NCBI GenBank assembly: GCA_002869225.1 | Contig: PKTG01000107.1 | Location: 9,623 to 73,622, forward strand | Direction: 5' to 3' | DNA from: Candidatus Muiribacterium halophilum | GTDB taxonomy: Bacteria; Muiribacteriota; Muiribacteriia; Muiribacteriales; Muiribacteriaceae | Length of the DNA stretch: 64,000 nt | Shown here: in pieces, positions 48,062 to 58,492 of the stretch | Layout of the letters: every line of letters begins with the position of its first letter | Numbering within the stretch: position 1 is the stretch's first letter | Notes under the pieces: generated by a model | Seen by the model: the letters and a program-made list of their open reading frames with translations, nothing else | Told to the model about the DNA's origin: nothing | Database searches by the model: none | Program-made: the position numbers and the translations under genes

Positions 48062-50596
48062 TTATCTATTGATCATTGCTTCTTTTAGTTCTTCTGGTAG
48101 ATCGATCTTATTAAGATTAAAAGGATCTATACCTTCTTCATAAATTTCTTTTTCTAAAAGACTTGTGTAATCTTCAACTATATTAGTTAAAGTCTCTTTA
48201 TACATTTCTTTAAGAGTAGCTAGTCTCTTTATTCTTGTTTCAAGATCAGGGTAGATAGTATCGATTACGATTCCCATGACATCTTTTCTATTTTGCTGAG
48301 TAGAGATAGCCTCAAATCCGAATCCAAAATAAACGACTTTATAATCGCCAACATAATAAAGTGCAGCAGCTCCGTCATCTTTATAATCAAATAACACCTG
48401 TGAACCTTCAGGCTCTATTACATCAGGATACTTCTGATTATCAGCTCCGTCTCCATCCTCAATTGCAAAGGATATCGTATCAGATCTTACTATTCGAGTA
48501 TCAGCTTTATCCTTTATATATTTAGCTTTAAGCATATCTTTATAAAATGCTTTTGTCTTTATATTGTATCCAATATCCTGACCAGTTATGAAAAGACTTC
48601 CACCCGAGTTGAGATATTTTTCTAAGATAGCTGAATCGTTATCGTCCACAGTATCCGAAGTCTTACCGCCTGTAAACCATATAACCATATTATATGGCAT
48701 TAAAATATCTTCTGAAACATCTCCATCTTTATCCGTATTATGACAATTGAAATCGATTCCAAGATCCTGTAATGCCTGACTGTAATAATTTATTAGATTA
48801 TCTGATGATTTGCTGTTATCAACAACAAGTACTGGAGGCAGTGCTTCAAGTGATATATCGAGATCTGTGTTATAGGAATAGTTTGTCTTTTCTATAACTA
48901 GAGTCTCATACCCGTATGCTTTGACTGTAAGAGAATATAATCCAGCAACAAGCTCGAGTTCAAATTCTCCAAAATTATCAGTATCCGCAGAAACGCCTTC
49001 CACTTCGTTTATAATTACAGTAGCTTTGATAGGTTCGTTGTCCTTATTGACAACCTTTCCGCTTATCTCTATCTTCTGAGCTTCTGAAAGGTAGAAGTCG
49101 CAGTCGCTAGTCTGTGATGAATAGACTGTTACGGTTTGCTCTTTTGGAAGATAACCATAAGCTGATGCTATAAGAGTATAACTTCCTGATGGAAGCATAA
49201 ATTTATAATCTCCGTCTTTATTACATCTATAAGTAGTTCCTGTCTCTTTTACAGTAATGCTTACAGCTACGCCGCTTACGTTTACACTACCGCTTACAAA
49301 ACCACCGTTTTTAGCAAGTTTGACTGCAGTGTATGCATCAAGCCAACCATGTCCATATGAATAATCATAACCTTCGTCTCCTGCATCATGACAGGATGCA
49401 TAAAGTATCTGTCTGACATCGTCTATTGTGAGCGCAGGGTTAGCTGAAAGTATAAGTGCAACAACACCAGTTGTATGTGGTGAAGCCATTGAAGTACCGG
49501 ACATAGTCCTGTATCCGCCGCCTGCTTTAACTGAATATACATCAACACCAGGTGAAGCGACATCGGGTTTATCTATGTTCATACCTTTAAAGATCGCTGG
49601 TCCTCTGCTTGAGAAACTCGCAACTTTTTTATTACTGTCAAGAGCAGCTGTAGCAATAAGAGCTGGAAATTCTTTAGGTTTAGTTATAGTTGAAGCGCCA
49701 GGCCCTGAGTTTCCGGCTGAAAAACAAGGGATTATACCTGTATCTATCCATCTTTCAAGCATAGCATAATATGGAGTCTGATCGCCATATCCTGAATGCC
49801 ATGAACAGTTAATTGCTCTTGGAAAATCTGCAGTATCAGGATTTCCATCAGGATCTATCATATGTTCCATTGCTTCAAGTAGATATGAAGCTCTGGTTCC
49901 TTTAGAGGATATTCCTTTTGCTATAATCAGTTTAGCTTCTGGAGCGACTCCTATGTGTTTTCCGGAAATGGTTCCACCAGCTATGGTTCCTGCAACATGT
50001 GAACCGTGTCCATGTCCATCGGTCATATTATCAAGACTTGTATTTCCACCAGGTTCCCAATATGAGATTACCTTTTTTGTTCCTTTAAATTCAGGATGAT
50101 TTCCATCAATTCCTGTATCTATTATTCCAACATTTATTCCCTGTCCTTTAATTCCTAGTTCATCCCACACTTTTTGGACATTCATGTTTTTAAGTCCATA
50201 AGTAAGGTTATCAGATGAAGTCTCAATAATCGGTGTATCTTTTGATACAGGTTCTTCCGGATATTCAATAATATCAGGAAGTATATAGAGAACTTCAGGC
50301 ATACTTTCAAGAGATTTAGTGATATTTATATCATCTTTTACTACAATTGCGTTAACGGACCATAGAAAGTTTTCTATATTAAATCTGTTTCCAACTTTTG
50401 TCATAAACATGTTTAAGGATTTTTCAGCACCTGATTTCATCTCTCGCAAGATCATAGGTCTGTTAGACATATCCTTTTTTAATTTCTGTACCTGATAACC
50501 CACAGGGTATTTCAGGAAGATGATTGAACCTTCAGATGCGAAGGTGTTTACGCATATAAAAAGTATCATCATGGTTAATAAGATAGTTCTTTTCAT
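48062..50596 (-). CDS. large secreted subtilisin-family (S8) peptidase with carboxypeptidase-regulatory-like and C-terminal domains
   Basis: Signal peptide. IIDTGID, HGHGSHVAGT, SGTSMASPH triad motifs. Two YGY..beta-sandwich repeats. Confidence 0.9.
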   Translation of the reverse strand: MKRTILLTMMILFICVNTFASEGSIIFLKYPVGYQVQKLKKDMSNRPMILREMKSGAEKSLNMFMTKVGNRFNIENFLWSVNAIVVKDDINITKSLESMPEVLYILPDIIEYPEEPVSKDTPIIETSSDNLTYGLKNMNVQKVWDELGIKGQGINVGIIDTGIDGNHPEFKGTKKVISYWEPGGNTSLDNMTDGHGHGSHVAGTIAGGTISGKHIGVAPEAKLIIAKGISSKGTRASYLLEAMEHMIDPDGNPDTADFPRAINCSWHSGYGDQTPYYAMLERWIDTGIIPCFSAGNSGPGASTITKPKEFPALIATAALDSNKKVASFSSRGPAIFKGMNIDKPDVASPGVDVYSVKAGGGYRTMSGTSMASPHTTGVVALILSANPALTIDDVRQILYASCHDAGDEGYDYSYGHGWLDAYTAVKLAKNGGFVSGSVNVSGVAVSITVKETGTTYRCNKDGDYKFMLPSGSYTLIASAYGYLPKEQTVTVYSSQTSDCDFYLSEAQKIEISGKVVNKDNEPIKATVIINEVEGVSADTDNFGEFELELVAGLYSLTVKAYGYETLVIEKTNYSYNTDLDISLEALPPVLVVDNSKSSDNLINYYSQALQDLGIDFNCHNTDKDGDVSEDILMPYNMVIWFTGGKTSDTVDDNDSAILEKYLNSGGSLFITGQDIGYNIKTKAFYKDMLKAKYIKDKADTRIVRSDTISFAIEDGDGADNQKYPDVIEPEGSQVLFDYKDDGAAALYYVGDYKVVYFGFGFEAISTQQNRKDVMGIVIDTIYPDLETRIKRLATLKEMYKETLTNIVEDYTSLLEKEIYEEGIDPFNLNKIDLPEELKEAMINR

Positions 50597-50658
50597 TGTA
50601 TTCTCCCTTTTTATTGTTTTTTCTAAATAAAGACTTATTTGTTATATAGCGTTCAATT

Positions 50659-52014
50659 CTATAATAAATTTGATAGATGTTCAATCTTTATCGGAAAATA
50701 AAGGTCTACTGTAAAACTTTGACCTTTTATACTGCTTACATTAATACGGCCTTTCAGCTTATTTATGAGTTTGTCTGCAAGTGAAAGCCCAAGACCGAGT
50801 CCTGAAAAGGTCCTGTTAAGTCCGTTTTCATCCTGATAAAAATCAAGAAATAAGTATTTTAACTTATCCTCTTCTATACCTATACCATAATCTTTTATAG
50901 TTATATTAATAAGATCGTTTTCTGTTTTTAGTGATACACTGATATTTACCTTATTTGGATCTTTAGAGAATTTAGTTGAATTATCAATAATTATATTAAG
51001 TATCTGATAAAAAAAAGTTTGATTGGTTCTTATAAAAATTTCTTTATCAGGAAAGTAAAGATCAAAGTTCATTTCTTTTTCATAAGCGTTTTTCTTTTTA
51101 TGTATATTTATTATATTGTTGATTGATTCTTTTAATGGGATTATTTCGGTCTCTATTATATTGTTTTCCTCTAATTGAAGACGGCTTAGCTGTATTATCT
51201 CATCGACTTTTTCGCATAGTTTTTCAGTATTCTTTGTTACAATGGCTATTTTACTTTTTTGTTTTTCATTCAATGGACCAAATCTTTCTTTTTGTAGAAG
51301 TTCTATATATCCTTGAATAGCTATAAGCGGTGTCCTTATCTCGTGTCCTATTATTGCTATTATATCTCTTTTAGTTGAAGCAAGCGAATCTCTGGTGAAG
51401 GAGTTCATTATAGACCTCCGTCTTTCTATATCAAGATAATATATAAGTGTTAAAAATGAGAAAAAAATTGAGGATAAAACGAACAAAACGTTAAAAATAA
51501 AATTATTTTTCAAGCACATCAATATAGCTGAAAAAGAATTTAAAAGTAAAGATATATACTGTAGATTAGCTGTATGAGAAACTTTTAAAAAAAAATGCAA
51601 TCTTTTTATAGAGTAAATCGATATCAAAACAAAAAATATACATATAAGGTAATTGTGAATTGGGTTGTAATTATCTATTGTTGTTAGAATTATCGATAAA
51701 AAAATATAAGGTAAAAATAATTTATTAAAAGAGATTGGTTTTTTTCTTAAAGAATTAAAAAGGAGTATTATAAAGAAAATAGCCCAAATCAAAAGCATGT
51801 TTTTAAAAATATTTGATTCTAAAGTCATATTATAAAAATCAAGTAGATTTCCAGAGTGGATATTTGTGAATAATCTTGAAAAAGAAAAAAGTAAAAAAGA
51901 TGTTCCCAACAACTTATATAGATTATTCTCATACCTTGTATGAATAAATATAAGTGTTGAAAATATTATTACGCCCGGTAATAAAGATGAGATAAAAATC
52001 GGTAAAGTATTCAA
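50659..52014 (-). CDS. membrane sensor histidine kinase (multi-TM N-terminus)
   Basis: At least 5 TM helices. H-box IIGHEIRTPL. HATPase GLGLGLSLA. Confidence 0.85.
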   Translation of the reverse strand: MNTLPIFISSLLPGVIIFSTLIFIHTRYENNLYKLLGTSFLLFSFSRLFTNIHSGNLLDFYNMTLESNIFKNMLLIWAIFFIILLFNSLRKKPISFNKLFLPYIFLSIILTTIDNYNPIHNYLICIFFVLISIYSIKRLHFFLKVSHTANLQYISLLLNSFSAILMCLKNNFIFNVLFVLSSIFFSFLTLIYYLDIERRRSIMNSFTRDSLASTKRDIIAIIGHEIRTPLIAIQGYIELLQKERFGPLNEKQKSKIAIVTKNTEKLCEKVDEIIQLSRLQLEENNIIETEIIPLKESINNIINIHKKKNAYEKEMNFDLYFPDKEIFIRTNQTFFYQILNIIIDNSTKFSKDPNKVNISVSLKTENDLINITIKDYGIGIEEDKLKYLFLDFYQDENGLNRTFSGLGLGLSLADKLINKLKGRINVSSIKGQSFTVDLYFPIKIEHLSNLL

Positions 52015-52085
52015 AGCCTCTCCATTATAAAAGGTGAAAAATATAATTAGATGTTATAACAAAATAGACATATATGCAAGGTAAT

Positions 52086-52114
52086 TTGACTATAAATGGA
52101 ATGGTTTGTAATAT
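52086..52114 (+). promoter_or_regulatory. candidate sigma-70 promoter TTGACT-17-TAATAT for metG
   Basis: Read directly, 43 nt upstream of ATG 52157. Confidence 0.5.
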
Positions 52115-52156
52115 GTAAAAAATATAAAATGTAAGTAGATAATCGGGAGGATTTTA

Positions 52157-54061
52157 ATGGAAAAAAGACCTTTTTATATTACAACTGCGATAGATTATGT
52201 TAATTCGGTACCTCATATTGGACATGCTCTGGAAAAAATAGGTGCTGATGTCATCGCCAGATACAAAAGATTAGACGGATTTGATGTCCGATTTACAATA
52301 GGCACTGATGAACATGGAAGTAAGATAGAAAGAGAAGCTCAAAAACAAGGTATTACACCTAATGAACTTGTTGATAAAAATGCCAAAGCTTTTAAAGAGG
52401 CATGGGAAAGACTAAATATAAAATACGATGATTTTATAAGGACAACTGAACAAAGACATGAAGATGTCGTAAAAGCGATGTTCTCTAAGATCTTTGATAA
52501 TGGCTATATATATAAATCAGCTTATAGTGGTCTTTATTGTGTGGGTTGCGAGACCTTTTTAAAGGAAAAGGATCTTGTTGATGGGAAATGTCCAAATCAC
52601 GGTACCGTTCCTGAAAAGATGGAAGAGGAGAATTATTTCTTTGCATTATCGAAATTTGAAGAACCGCTGAAGAAGATGTACGAAGAATTTCCAGATAAGA
52701 TGGTGCCGGAGTTTAGGAAAAATGAGATATTAAACATATTAGAAGGTGGTTTAGAAGACGTATCTGTATCAAGAGGTTCTTTAAATTGGGGTGTTAGATT
52801 ACCTAATGACGAGGAACACGTTGTCTGGGTGTGGTTTGATGCCCTTATAAATTACATATCTTCTATTAAATATTCCACCAATCAGGAGTTTTTTGAAAAA
52901 TACTGGGAAAATTCACTTCATATTATTGGAAAAGATATAACCAGACTTCATTGTATCATATGGCCTGCAATGCTTATGGCTGCAGATATACCAGTCTTTA
53001 CAAAAGTACTTGCTCATGGTTTTGTCAATATGAAAGGTGAGAAGATGTCTAAATCTCTTGGAAACGTACTTGACCCTATGGATATAGCTGATAAATACGG
53101 AGCTGATCCGTTAAGATACTATATGATGAGTGAAGTAGGCATGATCAGAGATGGAGATTTTTCATGGGAGCTTTTTATAAAGAGGTATAACTCCGATCTT
53201 GCAAATGATCTTGGTAATCTTCTACACAGGACAAAAAATATGGTTAAGAAATATCTTGGTGGAGAACTTGATTGTAAGGATTGTTCATCTGATAAAAAGA
53301 TAATTGAAAATACAAAGATAAAGACGGATGAATATATTGATTCAATGAATGATTATGATATAGCGACAGCTACATCCAAAGCTATAGATATTGTAAAGTA
53401 TGCAAACTGGTACATTGATAATTCTGCGCCTTGGACAAGTTTCAAGGAAGGAAACCTCGCTCAGGTAAATAATATACTTTATAATGTACTTGAATCTCTT
53501 CGAATAGCTACATTATTACTTTATCCGATAATACCTCAGACAAGTGAAAAAATATTTGATGAGATGGGAATAGTTGATAAACCAGAGGAGCTTGAACTAA
53601 ATAAAGCAAAAGCTTGGGGTGGATATTCTTCTAAAAAGACTCTTGTTGTTGGAAAACCTATTTTCCCTAGAATAGAGATTAAAAAAGAAGAGGAAAATAA
53701 GACCACAGATACGAAAAAAGAGAATATAAAAGATGATAATCTGATCGAGTTTTCTGATTTTGAAAAAGTGCAGATGAAAGTAGCTGAGATAATAGAAGCT
53801 AAAAAACATCCCAAAGCAGATAGGTTGCTTTTAGTAAAGGTAAAAGTAGGTCAGGAGGAAAGACAGGTGGTTGCCGGTATAGCTGATTATTACAAACCTG
53901 AAGAGTTATCTGGAAAAAGAGTCGCTATGGTGTGTAATCTTAAGCCGGTCAAACTCAGAGGAGAACTTTCAGAAGGCATGCTTTTAGCTGTAAAAGATAA
54001 AAAAGAACTTTCACTTGTAACCTTTGACAGGGAAGTAAGACCGGGCAGAAAATTATCCTGA
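52157..54061 (+). CDS. metG: methionine--tRNA ligase with C-terminal tRNA-binding domain
   Basis: HIGH motif (PHIGHALE), KMSKS, zinc knuckle CVGCE..CPNHG, and a C-terminal EMAPII/Trbp111-like domain. Confidence 0.95.
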   Translation: MEKRPFYITTAIDYVNSVPHIGHALEKIGADVIARYKRLDGFDVRFTIGTDEHGSKIEREAQKQGITPNELVDKNAKAFKEAWERLNIKYDDFIRTTEQRHEDVVKAMFSKIFDNGYIYKSAYSGLYCVGCETFLKEKDLVDGKCPNHGTVPEKMEEENYFFALSKFEEPLKKMYEEFPDKMVPEFRKNEILNILEGGLEDVSVSRGSLNWGVRLPNDEEHVVWVWFDALINYISSIKYSTNQEFFEKYWENSLHIIGKDITRLHCIIWPAMLMAADIPVFTKVLAHGFVNMKGEKMSKSLGNVLDPMDIADKYGADPLRYYMMSEVGMIRDGDFSWELFIKRYNSDLANDLGNLLHRTKNMVKKYLGGELDCKDCSSDKKIIENTKIKTDEYIDSMNDYDIATATSKAIDIVKYANWYIDNSAPWTSFKEGNLAQVNNILYNVLESLRIATLLLYPIIPQTSEKIFDEMGIVDKPEELELNKAKAWGGYSSKKTLVVGKPIFPRIEIKKEEENKTTDTKKENIKDDNLIEFSDFEKVQMKVAEIIEAKKHPKADRLLLVKVKVGQEERQVVAGIADYYKPEELSGKRVAMVCNLKPVKLRGELSEGMLLAVKDKKELSLVTFDREVRPGRKLS

Positions 54062-54168
54062 AAAAATAGCTTTATCAGGAATAAATAAGTGGTACTAAAA
54101 AAAATCACTTGAAATAAAGATTAATGTTATTATAATTATAATATACAATCATAATATGGAGGGGTGGT

Positions 54169-54528
54169 ATGGTACAACTTGAAAATGTAAAGGTGGAAAG
54201 TCTGGTTGAAGCAAACAGAAACTTTAAGCTTCTAGTCAATGAACTTTTGGAGCAACCGGATATCTTCCTATCTCAGCAGGAAAGATGGACAATGCTTCTA
54301 AGACTTAGAGATCGACTAAAGGATTCAAACACTACAAATGAACATGTCTCTAAATTTAATCAATTTATTGTAGACAATGTGGATCTATTTGCGTCTCTTC
54401 CTTCACACAAGGAAAGACCACCGTTTTACTGGTGGAATCATCTTGATAAAGTGAAAGATGGTGAGATGAATGTTTTTCTTAATAAAGCTTTTATTGAGTT
54501 TAATGGAGTGGGTTATAGCGTAGAATAA
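54169..54528 (+). CDS. hypothetical protein (119 aa)
   Basis: GGAGGGG RBS. A strong terminator lies downstream. No recognised motif. Confidence 0.45.
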   Translation: MVQLENVKVESLVEANRNFKLLVNELLEQPDIFLSQQERWTMLLRLRDRLKDSNTTNEHVSKFNQFIVDNVDLFASLPSHKERPPFYWWNHLDKVKDGEMNVFLNKAFIEFNGVGYSVE

Positions 54529-54563
54529 AAAAGAATTTAAATTTTATGATCCTTCGGGATCTG

Positions 54564-54612
54564 ATGACAAAAAGACATCAACCTTAACGGGAGATGTCTT
54601 TTTGTCATTTTA
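54564..54612 (+). terminator. rho-independent terminator with a 16-bp stem
   Basis: ATGACAAAAAGACATC (54564-54579) pairs with GATGTCTTTTTGTCAT (54593-54608), then TTT. Confidence 0.8.
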
Positions 54613-54637
54613 TCGGTTAGAGGTAAAAAAAAACTTT

Positions 54638-54666
54638 TTGAAATAATACTGTTTTTTTTTTATAAT
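54638..54666 (+). promoter_or_regulatory. near-consensus sigma-70 promoter TTGAAA-17-TATAAT upstream of fliE
   Basis: Read directly, about 75 nt upstream of the fliE start. Confidence 0.55.
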
Positions 54667-54742
54667 CATTCCCATAAGAATGCGGTTCTTTAGATAGTAT
54701 CAGGCCCTAAATAAAAAAATAAAAAAATGGGGGCATCCGGTT

Positions 54743-55060
54743 ATGATGGAGAGGGTGAGTCCGGATATTTTATCCGGTAATTCAATTGATAGATCAACAA
54801 AGAATAAACCTGCAAGTCAAGCGTATAGAAGAGATATGGTGCAGGATTTCAAAACTTTGTTTTCTGACAGTATAAAAAAGACAGTAGGTCTTCAGAAGAA
54901 TGCTGAAAATATGACTCAGAAGATGGTGGCAGGTGATGTAGAAGATATACATCAGGTCATGATCGCTGCAGAAAAAGCAAAGATCGCTTTCCGATTCACG
55001 ATGGAAGTCAAAAACAAAATAATGTCAGCATATCAGGAACTGCAGAGAATGCAGATATGA
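54743..55060 (+). CDS. fliE: flagellar hook-basal body complex protein FliE
   Basis: Size, a C-terminal ..VRNKxxxAYQEIMRMQ-like motif (VKNKIMSAYQELQRMQI), and position before fliF. Confidence 0.85.
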   Translation: MMERVSPDILSGNSIDRSTKNKPASQAYRRDMVQDFKTLFSDSIKKTVGLQKNAENMTQKMVAGDVEDIHQVMIAAEKAKIAFRFTMEVKNKIMSAYQELQRMQI

Positions 55061-55079
55061 TTCTTGAGAGGGTTAATAA

Positions 55080-56636
55080 ATGAATTACAAACAATTTTTG
55101 GATAATATAAAAACGAGTTTTCATAATCTGAGGAAACCACAGCAGTATCTTCTTATAGGTATTGTAGTCTGTGTTATGTTAGCTATGACTGTGATGCTTT
55201 TCTGGGGCGGGAAGACCGAATGGGTTGTTCTTTTTCCTGATCTTAATCCTAAAGAGGCATCAAGGATTGTTAATGAGCTAAAGAACAAACAATTTGAATA
55301 TATCACTGAAACATCTGGAACAATAAAGGTCCCTGCACGAAAAAAAAGTGAGATAATGCTATCGCTTGCTGGTTCAGATGTGCTTCCTGATAGAAATGTA
55401 TCCTGGGAAAAACTCTTTTCCAATACCTCTATTCTCGGGCAGACAAAACAAAGGGAAAGAATAGATTATATTAGAGGTATGCAGGGTGAACTTGAATATA
55501 CGATAAATAGAATAGACCAGGTAAAATCTTCAAGAGTGCATATAAATATTCCAGCTGAAAAGCTTTTTAAAGAAGATGAACTTGATCCTACAGCATCGGT
55601 TCTTTTAAAGCTTACTCCTTTTGAAGAACTCAACGAGGAAAACATTAGAGCTATACAAAATATGGTTGCTTATTCTGTTGAAGGCTTGCTTCCTGAAAAT
55701 GTTAAAGTAACTGATACTTCTGGAAAAATACTTTCTGATGAAGTGGATTATGCTAAAGATGATGCAAGTAAGACCATGACTGTCTTGCAGATACAGAAGG
55801 AATACGAAAAAGACCTTTCTGATAAAGCGAGGAAAATGCTTGAGAAGATAATGGGGTCTGAAAATGCCAGAGTAGAAGTGGCTGTGGAATTTGATTTTGA
55901 TAAGATCGAGACTACTATCAAAAAATACTCTCCTCCAATACCTGGTGAAGATGGCGGAATAATAAGATCGACTGAACAGGAATCTGAAAAATACGAAGGA
56001 ACCGGAAGATTTCCAGGAGGAGTACCTGGTACTGATTCTAATGTTCCTGGCTATAAGGAAATTGAGGGTGATAGCTCAAAATATAACAGAGAAAAAGTAA
56101 TAAATAACTTTGAGATAAATACTGAAGATAAACATCTTATCAAAAAGCCAGGTACGGTAAAAAGATTGACGATAGCAGTGTTTCTTAACGATAAGACTAA
56201 ACTTACGGATGACCAGAAAAAAGGTTTGGAGGAAGGTGTTAAGAATGCTGTGGGATTTAATACGCAACGTGGAGATAAGATATCCCTTATGCAGATACAC
56301 TTTGATAATGAATGGTTTGAAAAGATGCTTAGGGAGATGGAAAAAAGAGAACGTTTGAAAATCATAATTATGATCTCGTCTATAAGTGGTATTCTTCTGA
56401 TAATAATAGCTATACTCGTTATAAGATGGTATAGAAACTACATAGAAGCTAAAAGAAGAAAAAGCATGGAACAGGAAGAGATAAGGCAGGTCGTGGAGAT
56501 CGAAGAGGAATTTGAACCAATACTTTCTATAGAAGAACAGGAAAAACGTGAGATGCATGATAAGATCAGGAAAAGTGCTCAGGCCAATCCTGAGGAGTTT
56601 GCAAAACTTTTAAAAGCATGGATGATGGAGGAGTAG
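55080..56636 (+). CDS. fliF: flagellar M-ring protein FliF
   Basis: 518 aa. N-terminal TM, YscJ/FliF domain, second TM near residue 430. Gene order. Confidence 0.9.
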   Translation: MNYKQFLDNIKTSFHNLRKPQQYLLIGIVVCVMLAMTVMLFWGGKTEWVVLFPDLNPKEASRIVNELKNKQFEYITETSGTIKVPARKKSEIMLSLAGSDVLPDRNVSWEKLFSNTSILGQTKQRERIDYIRGMQGELEYTINRIDQVKSSRVHINIPAEKLFKEDELDPTASVLLKLTPFEELNEENIRAIQNMVAYSVEGLLPENVKVTDTSGKILSDEVDYAKDDASKTMTVLQIQKEYEKDLSDKARKMLEKIMGSENARVEVAVEFDFDKIETTIKKYSPPIPGEDGGIIRSTEQESEKYEGTGRFPGGVPGTDSNVPGYKEIEGDSSKYNREKVINNFEINTEDKHLIKKPGTVKRLTIAVFLNDKTKLTDDQKKGLEEGVKNAVGFNTQRGDKISLMQIHFDNEWFEKMLREMEKRERLKIIIMISSISGILLIIIAILVIRWYRNYIEAKRRKSMEQEEIRQVVEIEEEFEPILSIEEQEKREMHDKIRKSAQANPEEFAKLLKAWMMEE

Positions 56637-56639
56637 TAT

Positions 56640-57653
56640 ATGCCTAAGACTAAACTAGAACTAACTGGAAGACAGAAGGTCGCTATACTACTTATTTTCC
56701 TCGGACCTGAGATATCAGCTCATATATTCAAAGAGTTCTCTGAAGAGGAAATAGAACTTCTAACACTTGAGATCGCAAAGATGCAAAAAGTAGATCCAGA
56801 TGTAAGAGATTCTGTCCTTGATGAATTTAAGCAGCTTCTTGATGCTAGTGAATTTATCAGTATGGGTGGTATCGGTTATGCAAGAGAGCTTCTTGAAAAG
56901 ACACTTGGCTCTGAAAAAGCAAGTGAGATACTTGGTAAACTTACCGCAACGTTTCAGGTCAGACCTTTTGATGTTGTAAGGACACTTGACCCAAGTCAGC
57001 TTCTGAATTTCATACAGGGAGAACATCCTCAGGCAATTGCTTTGATCTTATCTTTTCTATCTGCTGAAAAATCAGCATATATACTCTCACAGTTAAGCCA
57101 GGAAGTACAGGCTGATGTTGCAAGAAGGGTAGCAAAGATGGAATCTACATCACCTGAAGTTGTTAGAGAGATGGAAAGAATACTCGAAAAGAAATTATCA
57201 AGTGTTCTTTCAGAGGATTATACATCTGTTGGTGGTATAGATGCTATAGTTGAAGTGCTTAGTAAAGTGGATAGAGGTACAGAGAAAAGTATTATCGAGA
57301 CACTTGAGATTCAAGACCCTGAACTTGCTGAAGAGATCAAGAAAAGGATGTTCGTATTTGAAGATGTTATTCATATTGATGATAGAGGTATTCAGAGAAT
57401 TCTCAGAGAAGTGGATACAAAAGATTTATCGGTTGCGCTTAAAGGTAGTACTGAAGAAGTCATGGAAAAATTCACCAAGAACATGTCAAAGAGAGCTGCT
57501 GCTATGCTTGAAGAAGATATGGAATTCATGGGACCTGTTCGTGTCAAAGATGTTGAAGAATCTCAGCAGAAAGTTGTTAATATCATAAGAAGTCTTGAAG
57601 AACAGGGTGAGATCGTGATATCAAGAGGTGGTGAAGAGGAAATTATCGCATAA
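56640..57653 (+). CDS. fliG: flagellar motor switch protein FliG
   Basis: GRQKVAILLIFLGPE start, a MFVFEDV motif, and C-terminal charged-ridge helices. Confidence 0.9.
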   Translation: MPKTKLELTGRQKVAILLIFLGPEISAHIFKEFSEEEIELLTLEIAKMQKVDPDVRDSVLDEFKQLLDASEFISMGGIGYARELLEKTLGSEKASEILGKLTATFQVRPFDVVRTLDPSQLLNFIQGEHPQAIALILSFLSAEKSAYILSQLSQEVQADVARRVAKMESTSPEVVREMERILEKKLSSVLSEDYTSVGGIDAIVEVLSKVDRGTEKSIIETLEIQDPELAEEIKKRMFVFEDVIHIDDRGIQRILREVDTKDLSVALKGSTEEVMEKFTKNMSKRAAAMLEEDMEFMGPVRVKDVEESQQKVVNIIRSLEEQGEIVISRGGEEEIIA

Positions 57654-58489
57654 TGCCTGTATTTAGAATAAAAAAAGGACAAGATAATAAAAAAAAGATC
57701 ACTATTGGTCAGCAGGGTATTCTTCGTGAAGATGAATTTAAAGAAGAAAAAAATGAACTTGATGATCTTATAAGAAAAAAGAATTCTATTATATCTGAGA
57801 TAAACTCTCTTAAGCATGAATCGGAAGGTATTATAAGCGATGCAAGAGACCAGGCTGATAGAATAAATGAACAATCTAAAGTTCAGAAAACAGAGGCTGA
57901 GAATATTCTAAGTGAGGCAAAGGAACAGGCTGAAAAAATACTAGTTAAGGCCAAAGAGGAAGCTGAAAAAGAAAAAGAAAAAGGTTATTCCGAGGGATTC
58001 GATCAGGGTTATACAAAAGGTGCCAAAGAAGGAAACGAATCCGCTATAAAAAGTATAAGAGAGGAATACCAAAGTATATTAAAAGAATCTGAAAATGTAT
58101 TGAATCAGGTTATTTCGAAAAAACAGGAGATAATCAAAAAAGCTGATGAAGAGATACTAAGAATAGTTTTAAAAGTCGCCAGGAAAGTAATAAGCGGAGA
58201 ACTCAGAATAAATAAGGAAATAGTATACAACAATCTGAAAGAAGCTCTGAAAAGACTTACAGATAGAGAAAATGTCATCATTCATATCAACAAGAAGGAC
58301 CTTCCAATTGTAGAATCTCATCGAGATGAATTTTTCTCAGAGATCAGAGGTCTTAAAAACTTCAAGATAGTTGAAGAAAACTTTCTTAATCCCGGTGATT
58401 GTATTGTAGAGACACAGTTTGGATTTATTGATGCTGTGATAGATTCTCAATTTGAAGAACTGGAAAGAATATTGCTTGAAGAGGAGTAG
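57653..58489 (+). CDS. fliH: flagellar assembly protein FliH
   Basis: Glu/Lys-rich coiled coil plus a C-terminal FliH domain. Sits between fliG and fliI. Confidence 0.75.
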   Translation: MPVFRIKKGQDNKKKITIGQQGILREDEFKEEKNELDDLIRKKNSIISEINSLKHESEGIISDARDQADRINEQSKVQKTEAENILSEAKEQAEKILVKAKEEAEKEKEKGYSEGFDQGYTKGAKEGNESAIKSIREEYQSILKESENVLNQVISKKQEIIKKADEEILRIVLKVARKVISGELRINKEIVYNNLKEALKRLTDRENVIIHINKKDLPIVESHRDEFFSEIRGLKNFKIVEENFLNPGDCIVETQFGFIDAVIDSQFEELERILLEEE

Positions 58490-58492
58490 ATT

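Noticed and set aside
52015-52156. A T-box leader upstream of metG, or a purine/Moco riboswitch upstream of the Mo-hydroxylase cluster (32473-32642).
   Set aside because: Both regions are too short and AT-rich, and I could not find the T-box sequence or conserved riboswitch cores. Only promoter-like hexamers are visible.
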